IMG/VR virus record: IMGVR_UViG_3300037297_000066
Span: 372,001 to 436,000 of that record
Length of the DNA stretch: 64,000 nt
Strand: one strand, 5' to 3'
Part shown: one piece after another, positions 25,144 to 35,272 of the stretch
Numbering within the stretch: position 1 is the stretch's first letter
Layout of the letters: each line of letters opens with the position of its first letter
Program-made: the position numbers and the translations under genes
The notes under the pieces: generated by a model
Seen by the model: only the letters and a program-made list of their open reading frames with translations
The model's database searches: none
Told to the model about the DNA's origin: nothing

Positions 25144-28100
25144 GTGCCTACTCCTGAAGAAGTCCTGACTATTGGGTTGGACCTGGATATTACAGGGGCT
25201 CTCAAGGATCTGGCAGCCTTTCAACGGAAGATGTCTGCTCAGATGGGGGCGGTGACGGATACCGTAGACAAGCTGAGCAAGGCCAACGAAAGGATGGCTA
25301 AGAAGGCTGCCAAAGGGACCAGAGAGTGGGAAGAGTCCGTCGAAGATCTAGAAGAGTCAGTGGACAAGCTGGAGAAGGTACTGGCGAATCTGGAGCGTCG
25401 AGCCAAGAAGGCTAGTGGAGAAGAGAAAAGACGTCTTGAGCAAGAGATCGCTACTCTTCGACGGGTAGCAGAAGAGAAAAAGAAGGGAGAGAAGAAGGAG
25501 AAGGGAAAGAGAGGGGTAGGGGAGGCTGAAGCAGCTGCGAAAGGTGCTGTAGCTGGAGCTCTTGCTGGCTTGGCTGGTAGAGAGGCTAAGGACATTGGGA
25601 GGGATATCTTTGGAGGTATGAGAGGGGGCATGCAGTCCTTGTTCCAGAAGGACCTAAAGGGCTCTATCGCTGGAGGGGGAAAGCTTCTTAGCGGCATCAT
25701 GGAGGGAACCTTCAAGGTTGGTGGTGGGCTCTTCAAGCGAGGTGGGAAAGTATTTGGAGACCAGGCCGGAAGTTTCCTGATGCGCAAGTCTCAGCAGCAG
25801 ATGGCTAAGGGAGGGATGAAGGGCAAGATGGCGGGGGGTGGCCTGGCGGGCGTAGGAGCCGCCTTGAAGGGATTGGGGGGCATGTTCAAGGCAGTGGGTC
25901 CCCTTCTCAACACTCTTAGCAAGATCGGACCCTTGGTGGGAATGCTGTCTTCAGCCTTAATGGGGGTAGTTCAGCTTCTCATAGATCTAGATTCTAGGGC
26001 CAAAGACTTCAATCGATCTATCCTCCAGACGGCAGGCAATGCTGAGTTTCTGGCCAACAACTTCTACGATTCGGAGTTGGCTGCCGGGGATATGGAAGAT
26101 ACCCTGAAAGGGGTGAGAGACGCTGCCTACAGTCTCAAGAACATTGACTGGGGGATCACTGCGGACGAGCACAAGGCGGTCTACAACACTCTCAACCAAG
26201 AGGGTGTAGCCTTTGCTGATGTCTCCAAGTGGGCTAAAGCTTCCAAGAGATCGGTTGAGGACTTTTCGTTCGAGTTGGTGAAAGTGAGCGTGGGGATTTC
26301 TAGGAATCTCGGCGTACCTCTTCAAGAGATCAACCAAATGCAGGCCGAGATGATAACGGAGCTAGGTTCTAGTTTGGATGAGACCAAGCTGGCCTTTGCT
26401 CAAATGACTCGGGCAGCTACAGAGTCGGGGATTGCTGGCAACAAGTTTTTCGCCATGATTCGGGGTGTGAGTCAGGACTTGGCTCTGTACAACACTCGAA
26501 TGGGATCGGCTTCGAAGCTTCTCAAGGAAGTGGGTAAAGCCATGAATCCTCGGGCAGCTCAACAATTCATGCAGTTTGCCATGCAGGGGCTAAAGTCGAT
26601 GGATCAGGACGCTCGTATGCGTCTCAATCTGCTGACCGGAGGCAAGGGCAAAGGCATCGTCACGAAGGATTTGGAACGTAAGGGCAAGCTTCTGGTTAGA
26701 GACATTCGAGAGTCTTTCGTTCAGGGTTCTGAGGCTCTAGCGGCTTCTTGGAGTGAGGACAAGATTCAGGAGGCTTTGTCCAAAGGAGGGATCGAACGGG
26801 CCCAGCTGCTTCGTGATGTAGGGAAGATGCGTGGCGGAGGTGCTCTGGTAGGGGCAGCTGAAGAGATGAAGATCGATAGGTCTGCCGTCAAGAAAGGGGA
26901 GTACGGGGTGGCGGCTGCTATGCGAAACCTTTCTGCAGGGGGCAGCTTGGAGATGATGAGGGCGGGCATCATGAAGTTCAGTGGGGCCAAATCTCTTTCT
27001 GAGGGCATCGGAAGCATCGGTCAGGACAAGATGGCTCAGATGCTAGGCATCTCTGAAGAGCAGGTGCGGGGAATGGCCAAGCTGGAAGGCCACTTGATGC
27101 GACAGAGAGAGTTGCTCAAAGCAGACTTAGAGTCGTCAGATGAGAAGGTAAGAGAAGATGCCAAGCAGAGGCTTGAGGCAGCGGGGATAACCGAGGAGCA
27201 GCTCAAGAGCAACCAGGTGGGTATGGGTGCTCTTATGGAAACGCTGTCTGATAAGGATCGGAAGCAGGCTGAGGAAGACTCTGAAACTCAACTAGATGTA
27301 TCGAAGCGGCAAGCAGACATGCAGACGAGCATGCTTCAGAAGTTCGAGATACTCGTCAACTTCCTCATGAACCAGCTCTACAACGTACTCCTGGACATCT
27401 GGGAAGCCGTTGAATCTATCATGGATCCATTGGGTTCAGAGAAGGAGAAACGTAAGGCTAAGCGAGCTATTCTGGAGACCAAAGACCCTGAGATGATCAA
27501 GGCCATGCGAGACATGGGGGAGAATCTGGATGCCTACGCTTTGAGAGGAAAGGCTTCAGATGTGTATGGCAAGGCTTTGACGGAGAAGGTTCAAACAGAT
27601 GAGGGTCGAGCGCAGGTATTGAAGGTTGCCCAGGAGCAGTTGACTCACGAAGACATCATGGCTGCCGGAGCAATGGGAGGTGTCTCCAAGGCCAAGATGG
27701 ATAAGCTGAGGTCCAAGCTGTACAAGAAGGTAACAGCAACAGAGGCAGGTATGGCTCCTGCTGTTTCTGTTGGGGGCCCAGGCACTATGGCCCCTGCAAT
27801 GGCAATGGCAGGGGCTACCAAAGTTACGGTACCTATCGAAGGGGTGGACTTTGGTCAGGCTATGCGAGATGCTGGTTTCAGTCCCGATGAGATTTCCCAT
27901 CTCTTGGAAAAGGGAATCTGGGCTGCCGCTCCTTCTCGGGCAGTTTCTTTTGCTACCAGAGTAGGCAAGCCTGAGGCCAAGAAAGAAGCCAAGGTACAAG
28001 CTGAAGAGCAGGCCAAGGTCCAGCAGCCTTCCGCTCAGCAGCAGGCTTCGGCAAAGACGGCTGCCCCTCCAGGCCAACCTGCTGCGGCAGCGTCCGGCGT

Positions 28101-28845
28101 AGGTACTCTTGGCCAGGATGAGATGGCTCGTAGGTTAGGTGGGGGGATGAGAGGTTCTTTGGCTGCCGCTGTGGAGGCTGCCAGGGCGAAGATTCGACCC
28201 GGTGGGTCTGGGGGTACTCTGGAAGGCAAGGCTGAGGAGGTACCCGCTACGGCTAAGGGTCAAGGTCAGCTGCATGAAGACATGAGCCGGATGGAGAAAC
28301 GTCTCTCTACAAAGGGCATCCGGTACGACAAGTCCTTCCTGACCGGAGACTATGGTTCTGAGATCGAGAAGAGAGTTCTCGATGCGATGCGTGTGGCCCT
28401 CGTGGAATTCGCTATCTACAAGGACGCTGACAAGGAAGCCTTGGTTAGGTCTCTAGGAAAGGCTGATCCTAAGACCTTCGGAAAGGACCTTCTACAAGCA
28501 GCCCAGACAACCAAGAATCCTGCTGATTTCGCTAAATCTCTCACTACGGGAACTATGGGGGAGGGTACGCCTACACAGACCGGGGGGTATGTTGTGGGAC
28601 GGAACCCGGATGGCACAGCCCGTGTTCTTCGTCCACCGGCGGGCGAGTCTCCGGCCTTCGTGGGTCCTGGGGAAAGCATCATGTCCCGAGGGGCGATGGC
28701 AGCCATGGCTGGAGGGGGTCGAGGTGGGTTGCCTCCTATTCAGGTCAGCGTCAATGGTGTAGGAGGTCGGGAACTAGCTCGGATCATCGAAGCCAAGGTG
28801 GCTGATGGTGTGTACGAGTACAAGCGCAGGGAAGGGTTCTCTTGA
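25144..28845 (+). CDS. Tape measure protein
   Basis: 1233 aa, helical and Ala/Gly/Lys/Met-rich, with an N-terminal coiled coil and a C-terminal GGYV...GPGESI motif. Confidence 0.85.
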   Translation: MPTPEEVLTIGLDLDITGALKDLAAFQRKMSAQMGAVTDTVDKLSKANERMAKKAAKGTREWEESVEDLEESVDKLEKVLANLERRAKKASGEEKRRLEQEIATLRRVAEEKKKGEKKEKGKRGVGEAEAAAKGAVAGALAGLAGREAKDIGRDIFGGMRGGMQSLFQKDLKGSIAGGGKLLSGIMEGTFKVGGGLFKRGGKVFGDQAGSFLMRKSQQQMAKGGMKGKMAGGGLAGVGAALKGLGGMFKAVGPLLNTLSKIGPLVGMLSSALMGVVQLLIDLDSRAKDFNRSILQTAGNAEFLANNFYDSELAAGDMEDTLKGVRDAAYSLKNIDWGITADEHKAVYNTLNQEGVAFADVSKWAKASKRSVEDFSFELVKVSVGISRNLGVPLQEINQMQAEMITELGSSLDETKLAFAQMTRAATESGIAGNKFFAMIRGVSQDLALYNTRMGSASKLLKEVGKAMNPRAAQQFMQFAMQGLKSMDQDARMRLNLLTGGKGKGIVTKDLERKGKLLVRDIRESFVQGSEALAASWSEDKIQEALSKGGIERAQLLRDVGKMRGGGALVGAAEEMKIDRSAVKKGEYGVAAAMRNLSAGGSLEMMRAGIMKFSGAKSLSEGIGSIGQDKMAQMLGISEEQVRGMAKLEGHLMRQRELLKADLESSDEKVREDAKQRLEAAGITEEQLKSNQVGMGALMETLSDKDRKQAEEDSETQLDVSKRQADMQTSMLQKFEILVNFLMNQLYNVLLDIWEAVESIMDPLGSEKEKRKAKRAILETKDPEMIKAMRDMGENLDAYALRGKASDVYGKALTEKVQTDEGRAQVLKVAQEQLTHEDIMAAGAMGGVSKAKMDKLRSKLYKKVTATEAGMAPAVSVGGPGTMAPAMAMAGATKVTVPIEGVDFGQAMRDAGFSPDEISHLLEKGIWAAAPSRAVSFATRVGKPEAKKEAKVQAEEQAKVQQPSAQQQASAKTAAPPGQPAAAASGVGTLGQDEMARRLGGGMRGSLAAAVEAARAKIRPGGSGGTLEGKAEEVPATAKGQGQLHEDMSRMEKRLSTKGIRYDKSFLTGDYGSEIEKRVLDAMRVALVEFAIYKDADKEALVRSLGKADPKTFGKDLLQAAQTTKNPADFAKSLTTGTMGEGTPTQTGGYVVGRNPDGTARVLRPPAGESPAFVGPGESIMSRGAMAAMAGGGRGGLPPIQVSVNGVGGRELARIIEAKVADGVYEYKRREGFS

Positions 28846-28848
28846 TAG

Positions 28849-29574
28849 ATGGTTCGCATTCCGTCTCCCAACGATATGACTCCCTTCGCTCCGGCGGGCG
28901 GAGAAGTTCCGTCTGCGGATACGGGATACGTACACCCTGCTGAAATCCGTCGGGGACTCATCCCGATGGCTTTCCAAATCACGAGTCCCTTTGACCGGAG
29001 ACGAGTACTGCTCCCTCATGCGTTGGTGCTTCATGTCAACCCTTTGAGCATTCAAGAGTCCTATGTTCAAAAGGTAGAGCGCTTTCAGACCCGAGGTGGT
29101 TGGCAAGAGCAACATTGGGGTTCGGATTTGTCCGAGATCAGTGCTGACTCTACCACCGGGGCTTTCATGAACATCTACACGGGGCTCACCTCAGTGCTTC
29201 GGCAGCGGACGATAGCTTGGGACCGGTATCGAGATCTTGTAGAGCTGTTCTACAACAACGGCAGTGTTTACGATCCTTTCGGCAACATTGTGCTGCAGGG
29301 AGGGGTGATGCTCATCTACGATCGGGGGACCTACATGGGAACCTTCCGGTCCTTAGAGACTCAAGAAACAGATGACGCGCCTTTTTCCTTCAAGGTCAAT
29401 TGGAGCTTCAAGGTAGAGGAGACTATCTTGCTTGTTCCCTCTACCATGAGGAGCCCTAACATCCGACTTCCGACGTTTCAGAATCAGAACACTTTACCTG
29501 CTTCGAACGGCTCAACGGTCACCGGGTCCGCCCGAGCATTGACGGCTGAGGAAGCCAATGAATTTGGAGTGTGA
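28849..29574 (+). CDS. Baseplate tube-initiator-like protein
   Basis: LHVNP.SI...QTRGGW..QHWG...ISAD...YMGTFRSL..ETDDAPFSFKVNWSFKVE. Confidence 0.65.
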   Translation: MVRIPSPNDMTPFAPAGGEVPSADTGYVHPAEIRRGLIPMAFQITSPFDRRRVLLPHALVLHVNPLSIQESYVQKVERFQTRGGWQEQHWGSDLSEISADSTTGAFMNIYTGLTSVLRQRTIAWDRYRDLVELFYNNGSVYDPFGNIVLQGGVMLIYDRGTYMGTFRSLETQETDDAPFSFKVNWSFKVEETILLVPSTMRSPNIRLPTFQNQNTLPASNGSTVTGSARALTAEEANEFGV

Positions 29575-31544
29575 GGATGGCAACAAACGTACCAGATCCT
29601 TCTCCAGTTCAAGGAGATGTTGACCCCCAAGCTAGCAACAACGGAGCTACGGAGAGTCGTTCTCCGGTGTCTTCCAACGAACGTTTGTTGCGACAGATCG
29701 AAGCTAGTGCTGACTTCTACGACCCTCGAAAGTACGAATCTCTTCTAACCTACTACAACGATCTCGACCTCCAACCTGAGGGAGGACTCTCTATGGACTA
29801 CATCGGGTTGACGGCTTCCAAGCCTAACCCGAAAATGTTCGTGGTAGGTATACTTCCTCCGACAATGAACATCACGGGGAGGTTGCTTGACAGGTCCTCC
29901 AGTGCTGCTGCCATCACCGACCCTCTTCCGGTGAGAGCTTACGATCAGGGCAACCCTCGCCTGGTTTTGCAAGATGGTCAGTTGGTAGAAGACACGTCTG
30001 GAGATGCCACTGCTGGAGGAGGTAGTGATACTGAAGGTTCTCAAAAGTGGGGAGCTAACGCTAGAAACCTTCCTCGGTACTTCTGGGTTGAGTGGGTTAC
30101 CATGTGTAGGGACAGGTTGGGAATCGATCCTGTCGAGTTAGCGGCTGTCTGCTACAACGAAAGTGGGTTCAACCCTGGAGCTGTCAATTCTGGTTCCAAT
30201 GCCAAAGGCTTGTTTCAGTTCATGCCTGGGGTTGCTGATGACTACATGACAGACGAGCAGTTCGAGGATTTTGAAAACCTCTCTGCTAGCGAACAACTTC
30301 CTTACTTTGAGCAGTTCTTGGCGAAAGGGAAGTATCTTTGGAGGGGGCGTAAGCCTGGAGCTAGTGGGGCCGGCTCTCAGAGAGTTGGGGCCTATCAACA
30401 TGTGTTTGGTGGGCAGCAGGGCCTGAACATGTACGGGGAGTGGTACATTAGTGCTGAAGCCCAACAGAGGAATTTGGCAGCCGTTCAGGCTAAGGTTGAC
30501 CAACTAGAAGCTCAAGCAGCGGCAGCAACAGACCCTGCAGATCGTGACCATTATCTGGCCGAAGCTATTCGAACTCGCAGGTTGTTGCAGAAAGGTTATC
30601 CCGGGGGTCGCCAAGGTTGGCTGAATGATCGGGCGTATCGCCAGAACCGAGGGTTTGACAAGAATGGTGACGGAGCCATTACCTCTAGCGATATCTGGGC
30701 ATCCATCGCCAGCAAGCCTCCTATGTGGATTCAACAGATCATCCGTGAGGTAGAAGCTTCTGGGGAAAAGGCTGAGTACGAAGGTTCCTTGGGAACTCAG
30801 TTGCGTCCCATGTGGGTGGAGGATGGGAGCCCTGAAGCTGACTTGGTGAGGAAGCTACTTAGCCAGGTAGGGCAAACGGGGTACAACGCTACTCCGAACG
30901 GTATCAAGTTCTTGGAAAAACAGAAGGCCATGATTGCCCAGGCTCAGATGAAGCTGGACAACATGCGCAACACGCCCCCTCTCAAGATGCGGGTCAATCC
31001 GGCCAGCTTCACAGTCAAAGGGGAGAAGATCGTTTCGGACGGCAATTGGAGCCGCAACGGACCTATCATCGAGCATTGGGGAGACGCCCAGGACAAGATC
31101 TCGGGATCTGGGAAAGTGGCTGGCTTCTACTCCATGTACCGTAACGATGCTCGAATGCCCGGGTTGACCCGGACTGCCAAATTCTTCTCCGAATCCTTTC
31201 AGAACTTCTTGTCTCTGTTCCTGATCTACCGGAACAACGGCGGCCTTTTCCTGCAAGACCAGCAAGGAGAGGACGTTCGGCAGAACTTGTCGGTAGTAGG
31301 CACAATCTACATCTACTATGACAACACTTTGTACCTAGGGAGCTTTGACAACTTCAACATCACTGAGGATGCCACCGCTCCCCACACCTTGGAGTACAGT
31401 TTTGAGTTCACAGTGAGAGCGGCGTTCTTGCTTGATCGTCCCAATGAACAAAGCTTCACGTACGGAGCTCCTAATCTGTTTCCTTCTGAAAAAGCCCCCC
31501 TTCTTCAAGCCACGTCAGGCTCTGGAGTTCTAGGGGGTCGGTAA
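29571..31544 (+). CDS. Lytic transglycosylase (SLT) fused to a tube-initiator-like domain
   Basis: CYNESGFNPGAVN...AKGLFQFMP (catalytic Glu), EF-hand-like DKNGDGAITSSD, C-terminal paralog of 28849. Start may be 29577. Confidence 0.8.
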   Translation: MRMATNVPDPSPVQGDVDPQASNNGATESRSPVSSNERLLRQIEASADFYDPRKYESLLTYYNDLDLQPEGGLSMDYIGLTASKPNPKMFVVGILPPTMNITGRLLDRSSSAAAITDPLPVRAYDQGNPRLVLQDGQLVEDTSGDATAGGGSDTEGSQKWGANARNLPRYFWVEWVTMCRDRLGIDPVELAAVCYNESGFNPGAVNSGSNAKGLFQFMPGVADDYMTDEQFEDFENLSASEQLPYFEQFLAKGKYLWRGRKPGASGAGSQRVGAYQHVFGGQQGLNMYGEWYISAEAQQRNLAAVQAKVDQLEAQAAAATDPADRDHYLAEAIRTRRLLQKGYPGGRQGWLNDRAYRQNRGFDKNGDGAITSSDIWASIASKPPMWIQQIIREVEASGEKAEYEGSLGTQLRPMWVEDGSPEADLVRKLLSQVGQTGYNATPNGIKFLEKQKAMIAQAQMKLDNMRNTPPLKMRVNPASFTVKGEKIVSDGNWSRNGPIIEHWGDAQDKISGSGKVAGFYSMYRNDARMPGLTRTAKFFSESFQNFLSLFLIYRNNGGLFLQDQQGEDVRQNLSVVGTIYIYYDNTLYLGSFDNFNITEDATAPHTLEYSFEFTVRAAFLLDRPNEQSFTYGAPNLFPSEKAPLLQATSGSGVLGGR

Positions 31545-31547
31545 GCA

Positions 31548-34500
31548 ATGGCACGCAGTCCATACCAAGGCACTTGGCAACAAGGCATTCGTCCTACGAT
31601 AGTGACGGCGCCTGATGCCCTTGTGTTCATCAACGGGGAGATCGACGTTCTGGGGTGCTCTCAGTGTCAACGCCGCTTCGACATCCAGAAGTACATCACT
31701 AGTATTCAAGTGGACCTGAACGTCGATAGTCCGCCTGGTTCGGCTAGCATCAATCTGAGCATCCCCCGGCATACGATAGACGATTTCTACTTCGAAGGGG
31801 TCCCTCTCATCTCTCCGATGATGGAGGTAGAGATCTATGCCAAGGGCTATTTCACTCTAGAGGGCCTACCGCAGTACTACCCCATCTTTTGGGGACTCAC
31901 GACGGAAATCAGTGACCAGTATGCTGGAGGGGAACACACTGTCAGCATCAACTGCTCAGACATCCTGAAGTGGTGGGAACTGTGCAAGATGAACATCAAC
32001 CCATCCTTCACAGGAGGGCAGTTCAAGGGGCTCGCTTTCGGCAACATCTTCCACGGCATGAACCCTTATGATGTCATCTGGACGCTAGCTCAACAGTCGT
32101 TCGGAGATGTGGTTGTGGGCACCGGTTCTCTCACATCCTTCTTCAAGGAGAACTCCCAGAAGCAGACTTTCCAGTACGCTCTTCGGGACATCATGCAGTA
32201 CTGGAACGAAAGGTTCACGCGCATTCGTTCCAACATGATGCTGTACGGGACGGAGGGTGCTTCTGTCCGAGGGGACTATCTGTACGCACGGTACAAGGCT
32301 TGGCGAGCGGGTATCGGAACGTCGAAGAAAGACGCTGTCAACCAACCTTTCGCCTCTGCTGTAGTTAGAGAAGCCAACGGAGGGGCCTTAGGAAGTCAGA
32401 TGATCTTCGATCCCACCTCTTCTTCGGTGGTGGCTTTTCGCACTCAGATGATGGAGGCTGGTCAGGTCAACTTCTGGCAATCGGAGTATCAAACCAAGCT
32501 GGAGTTGGCTAATGCTGCCAAAGAAGCAATCGGCTACGAGTTCTTCATGGATGTGACGGGGGACATTGTATTCAAGCCTCCCTTCTACAACCTGGATGTG
32601 CTGAGCAACAAGCCAGTATCTTGGATTCAGGATATTGACATCATCAACTGGGACTTCTCGGAGTCTGAAGCGGAAGTAGTCACCCAGCTGTCAATTCAAG
32701 GCAACTACACGGGCGGTGTGGATTGGGGTATGGGAGAGGAGACCACTCCTTTCACCTCAGTCACAGACTATCATCTACTCCGTAAATACGGATGGCGTAC
32801 CCAGACTTTCAACTCAGAGTTCATGGCTTCCCCCAAGCTCATGTTCTACATGGGTCTGGACCTCATGGATCGTTACAACGCTCGTCGGCATCGATCTACG
32901 GTCAACATTCCTTTGCGCCCCGAGCTCCGACTTGGCTTTCCTGTCTACGTCGCTCCCAAGGATCAGATGTGGTACGTCCAGGGGATCAGCCACAACATCC
33001 AGTTTGGGGGACAAGCCCAAACTACTCTGACCTTGAGTGCTCGTCGCCAAAAGTTCGTAGCGCCTCAAGGGATTGGAACCATCCGTCTCACAAACTATGA
33101 AGGCCCACCGCCTTCTGAAGCACCTGCTACCCAGCTTCAAGACAGCAACCCGAAGCCTTCTGTTCGTCAGCTTCGAGCCGGGGGCGCTTTCAAGCTCACC
33201 ATTGGGGAAGCTGCTTTGGTTCCTCCGGTGAAAGCTCAGGATACCGGCAACTCTTTCAATCCCTACGCGCCTTTGATCTTGAGGCATCCCAAAACAGGGA
33301 GGATCGTGGGTTACCCTAATGTGGTGATGACCTACACCCGGCCCTTTGCTTCTGAGTTGTTCAGTGAAGAGCAACTGGCTCGGGCAGAAGGTCGGAAGCC
33401 TAGTCCTAGAGACAATCCCTATCTCAAAGACTACGATGAGGTCACAGCTAAGAATCTGGCGGATACCGAACGGGCCATGATCACTCAGACCACTGAGGAT
33501 CGGATTCGAGACAAACATCTTTCGAACCGTTACTCCTATGGTCTCAATTCGGCAGGGGTGTACACGTACGCTCACGATGTTTCGAAGGTCTTGGAAGAGA
33601 TTTTGCTCATCCCGAAGTCCAAGATCACGGTTGAGACTCTGGAAGAGGACGAGGCCACGGCTTCGGTTCTTGGTAAGCAGCGAGGCTCTGCCATGATTCG
33701 TCCGGTCTCTGATTCCAGAGGCTTCGAGGTCATCGGACACTACAAGTACGGCCGAGGTATCTCTCTGAGAGATGGCTCTTTGGTTTTGTCTGGGCCGAAC
33801 AACACCAACCAGCAAGCCAATGTAGATCTCCAGTTGGCTCTGAGTGGGGGTTTGTACGAGACTCTTAAGGCTCAATCCCAAGGACTCACAGGATTCGTCA
33901 ACACCTATCCCAACCCTTCTGATGCTGTAGCTCGCCTGGCTCCTGAAGAGCTCCAGACGGCCGCTGTGGTCAACCCGGACACGAAGGAGCCTGAATTTGT
34001 GGAGGTGGGTAAGAACTTCGTGGACGCAGCTCCATTGGGTTCCGCAGCCAATGAGGGGGTTCCTGTTAGTGTGGAGGCAGGGCAGCTTTCCAGGGCTTTG
34101 ACCTTGGCAGAAATGCGGGTTCGTGAAGACAGTATCGAGGCAACAGCCAACTGCAACTGTTTGTCTGGGAGGGCCGACTTGTCTTTCATCAACGTGGGTT
34201 ACCAGGTCAAGGTTTTGTCAGGGGGAAATGCTCAGGGAGATCTGTCTCAGCTACCAGGAGATCAAGGACTGGTTTCTTTCGGAGCGGGCCTTGACGAGGA
34301 AGGCCAGCAACGAAGAGAAGAGGCTCATACGGCTTACGAGGCAGCCTTGGAGCAAGCTCGGATCGAGGCTCAAGAAGTTTGGGACGAGACTTTTGCCAAG
34401 GAGATGCCAGACGCTTATGTCAGGCGTCAGGAAGAGCGCTGGAGACAGGACCAAATCACTCGGGAACAGTTAGAGCAGGTCTACGCCAACAACACGAATT

Positions 34501-35270
34501 ACAATATCGATGAGCCTTCTTCTTCAGTAGCTAAGCGAGAGACTGCTGCTAAAGCCAAAGCAGATGCTGCTGCTCAAGAGACCCGAGAGCGTTTAGAAGG
34601 GGAGGCCCTGGCGGCTTACCAAGAGGCTCTTGGTACAGAGGGTATAGACGGGACTATAGCGGAACAGGCGTTGTACGACTCCTATCAAGAGGATGGTGGC
34701 CCTATAGACCTGCGTGGGGCAGCTTTAGGACAGCAGCAGCTGAACCAGGTTGAGCAGTTCCTAGTCACTCTCTACGAGGCTCTTGACGCTCCTCACCAGC
34801 AGTATGAGAAAGCTCTTCGGGGTGAGTTACTGGATGTTCCCAACAAGACTGCGAATGAGATTCGCTTTGACAACCCTGCTGATACGGGTCTCAGTCCGTT
34901 GGAGCCTCCCTACTCTCAACCAAACCGGGCCCTGGGAGGTGATCCAATAGCTTTGGCGAACCAGATCAGTAGCAACGCTGATCAAGTAGCTGAGTCCTGG
35001 AGTACCTTTGGGACTCGTTTGCAAGAGAATGCCCAACGATCTCAGATTGAAGCAGAGATCTCCAGGGACACTCAGCGTCTCAATGGCCTTAGGGAAGAGC
35101 AGGAGCGTCTGCAAAGAGCTCAAACAGCTGGAGGGGTTCGGTATACTGGGATCCCTCTTGAGGACCTTCCGTCTCGAAGAGCTGAGGTGGATGACCAGAT
35201 CGTACGTACTGAGCAGAATATCGCTCGAAATCAGGCTCGAATCATCGAGCTGAACAACAGCAACCCGTAG
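31548..35270 (+). CDS. Baseplate hub (gp27-like) with long C-terminal extension
   Basis: SASINL...MMEVEIY...IFWG; YEFFMDVTGDIVFKPPFYN; KYGWR; RPELRLGFPVY...YVQGISH. Confidence 0.8.
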   Translation: MARSPYQGTWQQGIRPTIVTAPDALVFINGEIDVLGCSQCQRRFDIQKYITSIQVDLNVDSPPGSASINLSIPRHTIDDFYFEGVPLISPMMEVEIYAKGYFTLEGLPQYYPIFWGLTTEISDQYAGGEHTVSINCSDILKWWELCKMNINPSFTGGQFKGLAFGNIFHGMNPYDVIWTLAQQSFGDVVVGTGSLTSFFKENSQKQTFQYALRDIMQYWNERFTRIRSNMMLYGTEGASVRGDYLYARYKAWRAGIGTSKKDAVNQPFASAVVREANGGALGSQMIFDPTSSSVVAFRTQMMEAGQVNFWQSEYQTKLELANAAKEAIGYEFFMDVTGDIVFKPPFYNLDVLSNKPVSWIQDIDIINWDFSESEAEVVTQLSIQGNYTGGVDWGMGEETTPFTSVTDYHLLRKYGWRTQTFNSEFMASPKLMFYMGLDLMDRYNARRHRSTVNIPLRPELRLGFPVYVAPKDQMWYVQGISHNIQFGGQAQTTLTLSARRQKFVAPQGIGTIRLTNYEGPPPSEAPATQLQDSNPKPSVRQLRAGGAFKLTIGEAALVPPVKAQDTGNSFNPYAPLILRHPKTGRIVGYPNVVMTYTRPFASELFSEEQLARAEGRKPSPRDNPYLKDYDEVTAKNLADTERAMITQTTEDRIRDKHLSNRYSYGLNSAGVYTYAHDVSKVLEEILLIPKSKITVETLEEDEATASVLGKQRGSAMIRPVSDSRGFEVIGHYKYGRGISLRDGSLVLSGPNNTNQQANVDLQLALSGGLYETLKAQSQGLTGFVNTYPNPSDAVARLAPEELQTAAVVNPDTKEPEFVEVGKNFVDAAPLGSAANEGVPVSVEAGQLSRALTLAEMRVREDSIEATANCNCLSGRADLSFINVGYQVKVLSGGNAQGDLSQLPGDQGLVSFGAGLDEEGQQRREEAHTAYEAALEQARIEAQEVWDETFAKEMPDAYVRRQEERWRQDQITREQLEQVYANNTNYNIDEPSSSVAKRETAAKAKADAAAQETRERLEGEALAAYQEALGTEGIDGTIAEQALYDSYQEDGGPIDLRGAALGQQQLNQVEQFLVTLYEALDAPHQQYEKALRGELLDVPNKTANEIRFDNPADTGLSPLEPPYSQPNRALGGDPIALANQISSNADQVAESWSTFGTRLQENAQRSQIEAEISRDTQRLNGLREEQERLQRAQTAGGVRYTGIPLEDLPSRRAEVDDQIVRTEQNIARNQARIIELNNSNP

Positions 35271-35272
35271 TC

